Source: Opitutales bacterium
GTDB lineage: Bacteria; Verrucomicrobiota; Verrucomicrobiia; Opitutales; UBA2987
Direction: 5' to 3'
Assembly: GCA_965226885.1 (NCBI GenBank)
Contig: CBDDEL010000013.1
Coordinates: 498,710 to 562,709 of the forward strand
Length of the DNA: 64,000 nt
Under the pieces are notes generated by a model. It ran no database searches. It was given only the letters and a program-made list of their open reading frames with translations, and was not told the DNA's origin. Below, one piece after another: positions 43,615 through 53,810 of this stretch (positions are counted from its first letter, which is position 1; every line of letters begins with the position of its first letter). A program made the position numbers and the translations under genes.

Positions 43615-45562
43615 GCTTGCTGGATATTTCATTTATCCCACTGCGTGCGCTATCGGGATTTTTGGCTTATCGTTTGCCGGTTGTATTAAGTCGGAACAAT
43701 ATTCCGGCCAAGAGGGCAAAGGTAGAGCGGACAGCGCTGTCCATATCTCTTATCAGAAAAAAGGTCCACCGCCACAGGAGATCGATCCATCCATCCTGGC
43801 CAACCGTACTTTTAAGGAAGCTCCCATGCTGGCGGCCAAGGTTGCCGCTGGCGAATTGCCGCCCGTTTCCCAAAGGCTGCCGGAAAATCCCATGGTTATT
43901 ATTCCAGTGGATAGCATCGGGACCTATGGAGGAACCCTTCAACAGATTATCGAAAGCGACATCAATGAGGAATCGACCATACGGAAGACCCTGAGCGAGA
44001 ACCTCATGCAGTACGCCAAACCGGTTCCCACCCAATTGCAAATCAACCTTGCGCAGAGCTATGAATTTGAGGACGAAGGGCGCAGTGTGATTTTCAAAAT
44101 ACGCAAAGGCGTCAAATGGTCCGACGGAGCGCCTTTTACGGTGGATGACATTCTTTTCTGGTATGAGGACATGACCTTGAATGAAAAGGCCAGATACGCC
44201 CCGCTTTTTCCGTCCCGTTGGACCAGCCGCGGGAAGCCTTTAGGGATGGAAAAGATAGACGATCATACTTTGCGGATATTTGCTGATGAGCCGTTAGGGA
44301 TGGTTTTGAGGACGCTCAGTTTCGACCATCTGGCCATCCCCAAGCATATTTTTTCCGAACACCACCCCCGCTATAATCCGAAGGCCGATTACCAGAGCTT
44401 CCGATCGATGACCAGCGATGGGCAATTGGCCTACGAACCAGGCATACCTCGGCTCTCCGCCTGGGTGCCGGTCGAGTGGGTACATGGCCAAAAAGCGGTC
44501 TACGAACGCAATCCCTACTATTGGAAAGTGGATACGGAAGGCAACCAGCTCCCCTATGCCGACTGGCACGAATTCACGATATTGCGAAATCCCGATATTG
44601 CCTTCCTGAAGCTCATCAATGGAGAAATTGATCTTTATTCAAAAAGCCTGACCGACCCGAGCAAATACTCCTTGTTAAAGATTGAAGAAAATAAAGGCGG
44701 CCTCATAACCAATAAAACCGCTTCCAGACTCAATGTTGCGTTTTATTTTAATTGGGACGTGCCCAATGTTTCTTTGCGCCAGGCATTTCGCAATCGCAGT
44801 GTGAGAATAGCTTTGTCACACGCTATAAACCGTTCGGAGATAAGCGAATTTCAATTCCAGGGGCATCTTGAGCCGGTGGGCTATTCTTTCAGTCCTTCGA
44901 GTCCCTGGTATTCGGCAGAACAATCGAAACTGCACTCCCAATACGATCCGCAGAAATCCCGCCAATTACTGGATGAAGCCGGTTACATGGACAGAGATGG
45001 GGATGGCGTTCGCGAACTGCGGGACGGCACTCCTTTTTCGCTCATTTTGGATGTTTTCAACGAACACAAATCGACGATGGATTTATGCGAGTTGGTGGAA
45101 GAATATTGGGAAGCGGTGGGCGTTGATGTGGTTCTCAATTATGGACTGCAAGAAATTTTGATTCCTCGCAGAATCAATGGCACTTTTGAAGTAAACCTCA
45201 CGGATCCTCCCATCGATCCCATGATCCAGGGGAATCATATCGGCTATCTGGGGCCGTTTCTTCCCTTTTGGCACCGCAATGCCGCGACTGATGGTCCCGA
45301 TTGGCTGCATGAGGTTACGGCTCTAATCAGAAAAGGTGAAAACACGTTGGATGAGGAAATATTGAGCAGATACATGATTGAGGTGCGGGAAATCATGACC
45401 CGCGAATTGCCGTTTATTTCCATTGGCCACCAGTCCAGTATATGGGCTGCAAATGCCCGCATCGGCAATATCCCGGAGATTGTTGAAACCGAAATGCACT
45501 ACCGGGGATTCGACCGCAGCGTTTTTCCGGAACAGCTCTACATAAAATCGATTGAGCGCTGA
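43607..45562 (+). CDS. ABC transporter family-5 solute-binding lipoprotein (tandem paralog)
   Basis: Lipobox FAGC; closely similar to the preceding gene. Confidence 0.92.
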   Translation: MNKLAGYFIYPTACAIGIFGLSFAGCIKSEQYSGQEGKGRADSAVHISYQKKGPPPQEIDPSILANRTFKEAPMLAAKVAAGELPPVSQRLPENPMVIIPVDSIGTYGGTLQQIIESDINEESTIRKTLSENLMQYAKPVPTQLQINLAQSYEFEDEGRSVIFKIRKGVKWSDGAPFTVDDILFWYEDMTLNEKARYAPLFPSRWTSRGKPLGMEKIDDHTLRIFADEPLGMVLRTLSFDHLAIPKHIFSEHHPRYNPKADYQSFRSMTSDGQLAYEPGIPRLSAWVPVEWVHGQKAVYERNPYYWKVDTEGNQLPYADWHEFTILRNPDIAFLKLINGEIDLYSKSLTDPSKYSLLKIEENKGGLITNKTASRLNVAFYFNWDVPNVSLRQAFRNRSVRIALSHAINRSEISEFQFQGHLEPVGYSFSPSSPWYSAEQSKLHSQYDPQKSRQLLDEAGYMDRDGDGVRELRDGTPFSLILDVFNEHKSTMDLCELVEEYWEAVGVDVVLNYGLQEILIPRRINGTFEVNLTDPPIDPMIQGNHIGYLGPFLPFWHRNAATDGPDWLHEVTALIRKGENTLDEEILSRYMIEVREIMTRELPFISIGHQSSIWAANARIGNIPEIVETEMHYRGFDRSVFPEQLYIKSIER

Positions 45563-45587
45563 GATCGTTTTTCCGACACCTTCTTCT

Positions 45588-46637
45588 TTAAAGGATCACC
45601 GGCTGCCCGCTTTGGGCGGATCGATAAACGCTTTCAATCAATTGGATGGCGTTTCTGCCTTCGCTACCGGGGATCCTGGGTTGGCCGTTTTCCCGGATCG
45701 CCCGCACCAGGTCCTCGATTTGCAGGCGATGCCCGTCGCAACTGATATCCATGGGGTTGGAGGAGCCTCCGCCCAGATTGAGACCGTCATCCTGTCGGGT
45801 GATTTCGTCGTCCTCCGGCTGGCTTTCGGTGAAATCCCAGCGCACGATGCGATTATCTTCTAGGACCGCCGATCCGCCGTCACCGCAGATTTCAATTCTT
45901 CGCTCGTAGCCCGGATAGCAGGCCGTGGACATCTCCAAAACCCCCAAAGCGCCGTTGGGAAATCGCATCGTCCCGCAAATCACGTCCTCGACCTCAATGC
46001 CTTGGTGTGCCTGCGTGGAGGCATAGGCAAAGACACTTTCCGGCATCCCCACCAGCCATTGCAGGAGATCCACATAATGAATTCCCTGGTTCATGAGAGC
46101 CCCGCCGCCGTCAAGCTCCCAGGTGCCGCGCCAGTCGGCGCTTTGGTAATATTCTTTGCTTCGCCACCATTTGACATAGGCGCTGCACAAGGCCAGCCGC
46201 CCGAAACGCCCATCCGCCACGGCGTTTTTCAAAGCTTGCGATGACGCGCTCATCCTCGATTGAAAAACGGCCGCCAGAATTTTGCCGTGCCGCTTGGCCG
46301 CATCGATCATTTGGTCAACCCTGGCCACTGTCACTTCCAGCGGTTTTTCACAAAGTACATGTTTGCCCGCGGCAAAGGCGGAAATGGCGGCATCTCCATG
46401 AGCGCCGCTCGGCGTGGTTACGCAAACGACATCGATATCGGTTTGGGTCAGCAAATCCGACAATGAAGTAACGCATTGCACCGAGTATTTTTCGGCAAAA
46501 TTCCTGCCTTTTTCCTCGTTGCGGTTAAAGACCGCACGGAGTTCGGCCCCCGCCGCTTGATGAATGGCGGCGGCAGTAACCGCCGCGATGGCGCCCGTGC
46601 CGACAATCCCAAATCCTATTTCGTTGCTTTTACTCAT
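45588..46637 (-). CDS. Gfo/Idh/MocA-family oxidoreductase
   Basis: GIVGTGAIA, TPSGAH, KHVLCEKP, DGGGALMNQGIH. Confidence 0.92.
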   Translation of the reverse strand: MSKSNEIGFGIVGTGAIAAVTAAAIHQAAGAELRAVFNRNEEKGRNFAEKYSVQCVTSLSDLLTQTDIDVVCVTTPSGAHGDAAISAFAAGKHVLCEKPLEVTVARVDQMIDAAKRHGKILAAVFQSRMSASSQALKNAVADGRFGRLALCSAYVKWWRSKEYYQSADWRGTWELDGGGALMNQGIHYVDLLQWLVGMPESVFAYASTQAHQGIEVEDVICGTMRFPNGALGVLEMSTACYPGYERRIEICGDGGSAVLEDNRIVRWDFTESQPEDDEITRQDDGLNLGGGSSNPMDISCDGHRLQIEDLVRAIRENGQPRIPGSEGRNAIQLIESVYRSAQSGQPVIL

Positions 46638-46703
46638 GGTTCCATTTTCGATGCATAATTAATAGAAGCTTGAATCGTAAAATCAACAACATCAGATTGC
46701 ACT

Positions 46704-48203
46704 ATGAAGTATCTCCTAGCTCTAGATCAGGGAACGACAAGCTCACGGGCCATCCTCTTCGATACGGAGGGTTCCATCATCGACATGGCACAGAAAGAAT
46801 TCGGGCAGCATTTTCCACAGCCGGGGTGGGTCGAGCATGATCCCGAGGAAATTTGGCAGACGCAGCGGCAAGTTGCCGTCGATGTTCTTGCCTCCGCCAA
46901 TATCGAGATTGGGGATGTTGCCGCCATCGGCATCACCAACCAGCGAGAGACGACGATTGTTTGGGAGCGCAGCACGGGCCAGCCGGTTTATCCGGCCATC
47001 GTCTGGCAGGATCGCCGCACGGCCGAGATTTGCGGCCATTTAAAAGATTCCGGGCTGGAAAAAACCTTTCGTGAAAAAACCGGTTTGCTCCTCGATCCCT
47101 ACTTTTCCGGAACCAAGGTAAAATGGATCCTCGACCATGTTGATGGGGCACGCCAAAAGGCGGAAAATGGCGAACTCGCATTTGGCACCGTCGATTCCTG
47201 GCTGGTTTGGAATCTGACCGGTGGAAAAGTCCATGTCACCGACGCAACCAACGCCTCCCGCACACTATTGTTTAATATTCATACGGGCGACTGGGATGAA
47301 GAACTTTTGCAAATATTGTCCGTTCCGCGCTCGCTTCTGCCGTCCGTCAAGTCATCCAGCGAAGAAGTTGCCAAGGTTTCCAGTGTCGATGCGCTGGCCG
47401 GAATTCCCATCGCGGGAATGGCCGGCGACCAGCAGGCGGCTCTATTCGGGCAAACCTGTTTCAAACCCGGAATGGCCAAGAACACCTACGGCACGGGCTG
47501 TTTCCTACTTATGAATACGGGCGAGTCGCCAGTGGTTTCCGAGAATAATTTGCTCACCACGGTGGCCTGGAAAATCGGAAACCGGACCGAGTATGCGTTG
47601 GAGGGCAGCATTTTTATTGGCGGCGCGGTGGTGCAATGGCTGCGCGACGGGTTGGGTCTGATAAAAGATGCCAGCGAAATCGAGGCGCTTGCCTCCTCCG
47701 TAACGGATACGGATGGAGTCTATCTTGTGCCCGCCTTTTCCGGCCTGGGCGCGCCCCATTGGGACCCCTATGCGCGGGGAACCATTGTCGGCCTCACTCG
47801 CGGTTCCACTTCCGCCCATCTGGCCAGGGCCGCCCTCGAATCTATTGCCTTTCAATCAAACGATGTTCTCCAGGCCATGCAGCGCGATGCCGGGATCGGC
47901 CTGGGAGAAACCCGTGTGGACGGCGGGGCCAGCCAGAACAATCTACTCATGCAGTTCCAGGCCGACCTTTTGAGAGTTCCCATAATACGGCCGCGGGTGA
48001 CGGAAACGACAGCATTGGGGGCCGCTTATCTGGCCGGCATGGGGGTCGGTATTTGGGCTGGAACCGATGAAATCGAGAGTCATTGGCAAGTCGATAAAAC
48101 TTTCCGTCCCCAATCAAACGAAGCGCACATGAAAGAACTCCAGAGCGGCTGGCAACGGGCTCTGGAACGCTCCAAGGGCTGGGCATCGCCGCAAGGGAGT
48201 TAG
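46704..48203 (+). CDS. glpK: Glycerol kinase
   Basis: [52 protein letters not shown]. Confidence 0.97.
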   Translation: MKYLLALDQGTTSSRAILFDTEGSIIDMAQKEFGQHFPQPGWVEHDPEEIWQTQRQVAVDVLASANIEIGDVAAIGITNQRETTIVWERSTGQPVYPAIVWQDRRTAEICGHLKDSGLEKTFREKTGLLLDPYFSGTKVKWILDHVDGARQKAENGELAFGTVDSWLVWNLTGGKVHVTDATNASRTLLFNIHTGDWDEELLQILSVPRSLLPSVKSSSEEVAKVSSVDALAGIPIAGMAGDQQAALFGQTCFKPGMAKNTYGTGCFLLMNTGESPVVSENNLLTTVAWKIGNRTEYALEGSIFIGGAVVQWLRDGLGLIKDASEIEALASSVTDTDGVYLVPAFSGLGAPHWDPYARGTIVGLTRGSTSAHLARAALESIAFQSNDVLQAMQRDAGIGLGETRVDGGASQNNLLMQFQADLLRVPIIRPRVTETTALGAAYLAGMGVGIWAGTDEIESHWQVDKTFRPQSNEAHMKELQSGWQRALERSKGWASPQGS

Positions 48204-48253
48204 TGATTGGCGGTCAGGTCGTTGCTTTCAGATGTTACGGTTACGGCGTTTTT

Positions 48254-49300
48254 CTAAGCCGTAAAATCTCGGCCCAAGCCGATTTTAATCATCCACCTGC
48301 GCATAGCTACCGATGACTTGTCTGCACGAACGTGGACTTCTTCCGAAAGATCGAGAGGTATCTCTTCGGGTTTTTGCGATTCGATGAAATTTCTATCTTC
48401 GAGCAGGATTTTCTTTTCCCAGGTGAGGAGTTCTTCCACCGGCACATGGTGATCGAAATTTCTCGAAAAGAGGAAGAGGAACTGCGATTTGCGCGCAGAA
48501 ACCGGGGTAATGATAATATGGATAATATGCTCCCGGCCTTCCGGATACTGAATGCGCGATCTGGTGAAGAATGGGTAATTCAAAGTGCGGGTCATGTGCC
48601 GCTGGATTTGATCGGTGCCTTGAATAGGCGAATCATGGGGGTTTCCGGCCAGATAATCGAAGTCCATGACAAGGCCGTGCTCGAATGACGTCAGTTCATA
48701 CTCGGAGCCCATTTCAGCGCTCGATGCCTGCCCGAAAGTGCTGCGGTGAATGAATGAAAAATGGGCGTTATCGATGAAATTCTCAATGGCCCGGCCGGCC
48801 GAGCATTCCCAAATGATAGGGCCCCAGGAAAACCAGCGGAAATCCTTGTCATTCCATTCCATATCCCAGTCGGGAATGACATTGGCTGGCTGGCCGGATA
48901 AACAAGCCCAGATAACGCCGTATCTCTCCTCGTGCAGGTAGATTTTAAGGCAAAGTTTGCTCGGCGGCTTCCAGTCGGGATGGGACGGCACAAGGGTGCA
49001 TCTGCCTTCAGGATTATAGCGATAACCATGATAACCGCAGACAATCTCGTCACCCTCGATCCATCTATAAGAAAGAGGGGAGCCTCGGTGGACACATAGA
49101 TCCTTGGCCACCACAAACCCTGTGCTTGTGCGGTAAACCACCAAATCTTCATCCAGCAACCTCACCTTAAACGGTTTGTCCTCAATATCCTTGGCCAAAG
49201 CAATCGGGTACCAAAAGTTGGAAAGAATCTTCCAGTCCGAAGGCGAAAAAGTACACTGCCGCGGAACGTAATCCGCATCTTCATAGGTTTTAGCAATCAT
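48254..49300 (-). CDS. Rieske non-heme iron oxygenase alpha subunit (VanA/demethylase-like)
   Basis: CVHRG...CGYHG Rieske motif; ENFIDNAHFSFIH; ED...ESQ. Confidence 0.88.
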   Translation of the reverse strand: MIAKTYEDADYVPRQCTFSPSDWKILSNFWYPIALAKDIEDKPFKVRLLDEDLVVYRTSTGFVVAKDLCVHRGSPLSYRWIEGDEIVCGYHGYRYNPEGRCTLVPSHPDWKPPSKLCLKIYLHEERYGVIWACLSGQPANVIPDWDMEWNDKDFRWFSWGPIIWECSAGRAIENFIDNAHFSFIHRSTFGQASSAEMGSEYELTSFEHGLVMDFDYLAGNPHDSPIQGTDQIQRHMTRTLNYPFFTRSRIQYPEGREHIIHIIITPVSARKSQFLFLFSRNFDHHVPVEELLTWEKKILLEDRNFIESQKPEEIPLDLSEEVHVRADKSSVAMRRWMIKIGLGRDFTA

Positions 49301-49340
49301 ATGGATTTCATATATTCTTTATCTTAAAATTATTCGGGTT

Positions 49341-50596
49341 TGACGTGTACTGGATTTGTTGGACACGGGATTCTCTTATATTCATTGTTTATTGATTAGT
49401 GTGTCAGGCGGCTTGTTTTGGTAAAGGGTTTTGTTTTCTCGTTGCCCCCCATGGGGGGCAAATATTTTCCTCGAATTGGACTGGGCTTTGGTAACTCAGA
49501 GAGGAATGTTTGCGATATCGGTTGTAGAAGATTTCCACGTATTCGAAGACAGTTGATCGCAGTTCGCGCTCGTCGGCAAAGTGGCGGCCTCGAATCGTGC
49601 TGGTCTTGAAGCGGCCGTAGAACGATTCCATGGCCGCGTTGTCGTAGCAGTTGCCTTGGGCGCTCATGCTCGGCTTCATGCCTAGTTCAGAGACCAGCCT
49701 CTGATAGTCGTCGCTGGCGTAGGGGCTGCCCCGATCGCTGTGATGAATAATCCCGGTGCGCAGTGTGCCGCGGGTCATGGCCGCGGCTTTGAGGGCCTTG
49801 CCAACCAGCTTCGCGTCGTTGTGGTTGGAAACGCCCCAGCCCAGCAGGCGTGGGCTGAACAGGTCCATCACCGTGGCCAAGTACATCCAACCGGCCAGGG
49901 TCCGTAGGTAGGTCGTGTCCGCCACCCAGACCTCGTCGATATGGGTCGGCTGGCCATGCTTTTTAAGCACATTGGGGCTGTAACCATAGGGATGGTTACT
50001 GTTGGTTTTTAATGGCTTAAAGCGTTTACTCTGGGTGCTTTTGATTCCCATTTCACGCATCAGACGCAGAGCCCGGTCACGGCCGCAATCGATGCCCTCA
50101 TCATCCTTCAGATGGCGGTGCATTGGCCGATGCCCATAGCGGCCCTTGGCCTCTTTGTGTACCTTCAGGATCGCCCCCTTGATTCCCTCGTCCTCGATCC
50201 GCCGGGCCGAGGGCGCTCGGTGCCTCCAGCAGTAATAGCCACTGCGACAAATCCCCATCGCCGAGCATATCTCCTCGATCTTGAAGCGCCCCTCGTTGTC
50301 TTTGACAAACTGGTACTTCATTGTTCGTCCTTGGCAAAGTAGCCCACCGTTTTTTTTAGTATCTGGTTGATCCGCTCCGAGCGGCGCAGCTCTTTGCGAA
50401 GACGATCTATCTCGGCCGCCATCTCCTTCGGACTGCTCTGTCGCTTTGAGGTGGCTTCGCCCTGCTGATCGTCCAGATAGAGCCTCTTCCACCTATACAA
50501 TTGGTTGGTGTTGACCCCAAGTTTGGTCGATACCTCGGTGGCGCTCAGACCATCGAGTATCATCAGTTGAACTGCCTCATTTTTGAACTCTATACT
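49341..50596 (-). mobile_element. IS3 copy lacking its left end
   Basis: Right IR tgacgtgtactgg at 49341; intact orfB; match to copy 1 ends at ...ctctatact within the 5' part of orfA. Confidence 0.92.
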
Positions 50597-50598
50597 AA

Positions 50599-52181
50599 CC
50601 CGGATATTTCGTAAAAAAAGTATCGTTGATATGCTTAACTGCTGATATACAGCAGGATAGATCAATAATTAAAGCAATATCAGCGATGACAAAAGGTAAA
50701 CAATTAAAGCTACAGTTGACAAGGGTAAAAGGCCGCCGTGTGCGGGTTGATTTCAAGGGCGGAGAGGTTACTTCGGATGCCGGACTGCTTTTGATCCGGG
50801 AAGTGGATCGGCAGTTGGGCTTGACCGAACGAGCGGCCCGACAGTTAGTGGACAAACGGCAGAAGGGCAAAGTACGCCATGAGGTCTTGGGGATGCTGCG
50901 GCAGCGCGTTTACGGGCTGGTGGCGGGCTATGAGGATTTGAACGACTTTGATACCCTGCGCCACGATCCATTGTTGCAAACGGTAACGGGGCGCATTGAA
51001 ACGTTGGCCAGCGCGCCGACTTTGTGTCGTTTTGAAAACGGGCAGGATCGGCGGGCGGCCTTTGCGGTAAACGAGCTGTTGGTCGAACAGTTCATGGGCT
51101 CCTTTGCCGAGGAACCCGAAGAGATCATCCTGGACTTTGACGCCACCGACAAGCCGGTGCACGGGCTCCAGGAGGGACGTTTTTTCCACGGTTATTATGA
51201 TCATTACTGTTTTCTGCCGCTATATGTTTTTTGCGGTGATCAGCTGCTGGTGGCCTACCTGCGGCCGAGCAAGATCGATGCCAGCAAGCATGCCGGGGCC
51301 ATCCTCAAATTGCTGGTTAAACGGATTCGCCAAAGCTGGCCCCGTACGCGGATTATTTGGCGCGCCGACAGTGGATTTTGTCGAGACCGGATACTCTCTT
51401 GGTGCGACCGCAACGAAGTTAGTTACATCGTGGGGATGGCTCGCAATGCACGCTTGCAGCAAGACGCCCAGCAGTTGCAAAAGCAGGCCAAAGAATGGTT
51501 CGAACAAAGAATGGTTCGAACTAAGGGGTAAAAAACAACGGTTATTCCAGGACTTCGTCTATGCTGCCGATTCGTGGCGATGGCTGCGGTTGGTCATCCA
51601 TAAAGCCGAACACACCGCACAGGGGTCCAACCCGCGCTTCGTGGTGACGAACCTGCCGGGCGATCCCCAGGAGCTTTACGACAAGGTATACTGTGGCCGC
51701 GGTGAAATGGAGAACCGAATCAAGGAACAGATGCAATTGTTCAGCGAGCGCACCAGCGCCCATCAATGGTGGGCCAATCAGTGGCGATTGCTCTTGTCGG
51801 CGCTGGCCTACACCTTGATGGAAGCCATGCGCCGGTTAGCCTTAAAAGGGACGAAGTGGGCGCGGGCCCAATGCCACACCCTGCGGCTCAAATTAATCAA
51901 GATCGGAGCGGTCATCGTGCGCAACACCCGAACGATTCACTTTCACCTAAGTGAGAGTTATCCTTGGGCCAGTCTTTTCAACCATGCGGCCCGCCGATTG
52001 GTGCCAACCTAAAGGGTGCATTGGTGCTGCCCCCGGCACTACCGAACCAATGGGGGAAAGGGGGCAGTGTCTCTACACCCTGAAAAACACCTAAAAATCA
52101 AGACGATCTGCTCAAAATACAAAGAAATCCATCTCCAATAGCAATAACGAGCCAAACTTTACCCTTCATGAAATATCCGGG
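50599..52181 (+). mobile_element. IS1380 copy 3, full length, flanked by CTAA; transposase frameshifted
   Basis: IRs cccggatatttc...gaaatatccggg; ctaa on both sides; 16-bp duplication at 51489-51520. Confidence 0.94.
51489..51520. repeat. Exact 16-bp tandem duplication, absent from the other two IS1380 copies
   Basis: caaagaatggttcgaa x2; single copy at 3362-3377. Confidence 0.97.
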
Positions 52182-52467
52182 CTAAGTCAAACTTTTCCGA
52201 AAAAATCGACATAACCTTTATACTTTATCAGGATTCAGGAATCGACAATCCTGATTTCTGTCTCTTGTATCCTATCGATCGCAATCCGCCTGTTAGCACA
52301 AATATTGTCGAAAAACAAAAAACAATCCTGCTCTTAATCTTTAAATTAATTAGAAATTGAAATGCCAATTATAAAGGGAGTCGAATTTCGTCAGTTTTCA
52401 GCCAATCATCTTAATGCCAAGCGAAATTGGCTGGTGGTAAAACTTAATACCGACGATCCCAATCTCT

Positions 52468-53269
52468 GGTAGTGTATAAAAAAAGAATGTTATTTTGTAT
52501 TTTTAGCTGTACAAATAGCGTTAGGCAGTTTATTCTTAGTGCATGGTTACTAAAATTATTAATTGTCGGCACTGTGGAAGTGAAAATATCATTAAATTTG
52601 GCAAGACGCCCAACCATAAACAGCGCTACCGCTGCCATGATTGTGGTAAACAAAGCCGCGAAAACCCCACAGTGAAATACACCGAAGAGCAAAAAGAAAT
52701 GATCCTTCGAGTCTATCAGGAACGCAGCAGTCTACGCGGTTTACAGCGCGCCTTCGGGGTGAGTCCCAACACCGTTTTGAGTTGGTTAAAAAAAACGACA
52801 ATCGCTGCGACCGCTCAAAAGCACGATTCTTGCGGCCCGCCGCCATGATGTCATTGAACTGGACGAACTGTGGTCTTTTGTGGGGCGCAAGAGCGATGCC
52901 CAATGGGTTTGGATCGCTCTTTGCCGACGCACCCGTCAAATCCTCTCCTATGCCATTGGGCCTCGGGATTGGTATCGTTGCCGGGAACTTTACGAGCGTC
53001 TGCCACGGGCCTACAAAAGATGTGCCACCTACAGCGACTTTTGGAGCACTTATGATGAAGTCTTTCCTCATAACCGATCCGTGGGAAAAGAAACCGGTGA
53101 AACGGCCCATGTGGAACGATGGAACAATACCCTGCGCCAACGACTGGGTCGTTTCACACGCAAAACCCTCTCCTTTTCCAAGCTTAAGAGTATGCATGAA
53201 ACCTGTCTGAGACTTTTCATTCATCAATATAATCAAGAATTAGCCACCATTCCTACTTAATACACTACC
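52468..53269 (+). mobile_element. IS1-family element, complete (802 bp)
   Basis: Same element as 36012-36813; InsA 52543-52848, A8C at 52788-52796, InsB to 53260; no matching TSD. Confidence 0.95.
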
Positions 53270-53305
53270 CAAGAATTAGCCACCATTCCTACTTAATACA
53301 CTACC
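53270..53305 (+). repeat. Tandem copy of the last 36 bp of IS1
   Basis: caagaattagccaccattcctacttaatacactacc x2 (53234-53269, 53270-53305). Confidence 0.95.
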
Positions 53306-53350
53306 CAAATTTCTTGTGGCAAATTAATGAATGGGGATTGGGAAGCAAAC

Positions 53351-53385
53351 AGAAAAAGACCTCGAAGCGGATCTGCTTCGAGGTC
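53351..53385 (-). terminator. Rho-independent terminator of the psp operon
   Basis: 11-bp stem gacctcgaagc/gcttcgaggtc, 6-nt loop, followed by TTTTTCT on the minus strand, ~30 bp after the pspC stop. Confidence 0.85.
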
Positions 53386-53417
53386 ATCAACAAAGGCCTG
53401 CAGGACGGGAAATTTGC

Positions 53418-53810
53418 CTAAGTGGTGGGCTTGTTCAGCCTCTGCTCCCAATCGAATTCCTTTGCCGTGACAATATTTTCAATCCTGCGGGCGCGGCGAT
53501 CCAGTTGTTCAAACTTCCGTTTCAATCTGGAGACCGCCATAGAGCGGGAACTGGCAAAAGAGGTGTAAAACTCCAACTCCTCTTCGGTCGACAGCGGAAT
53601 AACCGGTTCCGGCTTCATGAAGACAGCGGCTGCCAAATATATCAAGGCGAGTGGAAAAAATCCGGAAAAGATAAAAACGGCGATACATATGCACCGCACC
53701 CAGCAGACGGAGATATCGGCGTAGTTGGCGATGCCCCGGCATACGCCGAATATAGCGCCGTCGCGTGAGCGGTAAAGTCTTCTTTTGTGGTATTCTTGTG
53801 AATAGCTCAT
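53418..53810 (-). CDS. pspC: Phage shock protein C
   Basis: RLYRSRDGAIFGVCRGIANY; TM segment; RRIENIVTAKEFDW. Confidence 0.92.
   Translation of the reverse strand: MSYSQEYHKRRLYRSRDGAIFGVCRGIANYADISVCWVRCICIAVFIFSGFFPLALIYLAAAVFMKPEPVIPLSTEEELEFYTSFASSRSMAVSRLKRKFEQLDRRARRIENIVTAKEFDWEQRLNKPTT

Noticed and set aside
48512..48529. 9-bp exact repeat gataatatg x2 (HIIHII)
   Set aside because: Low complexity and no evidence of extra length; could be chance, so not counted among the duplications.
52788..52796. A8C run splitting the IS1 ORFs as a mutation
   Set aside because: Present in all full copies; this is the standard programmed -1 frameshift site.
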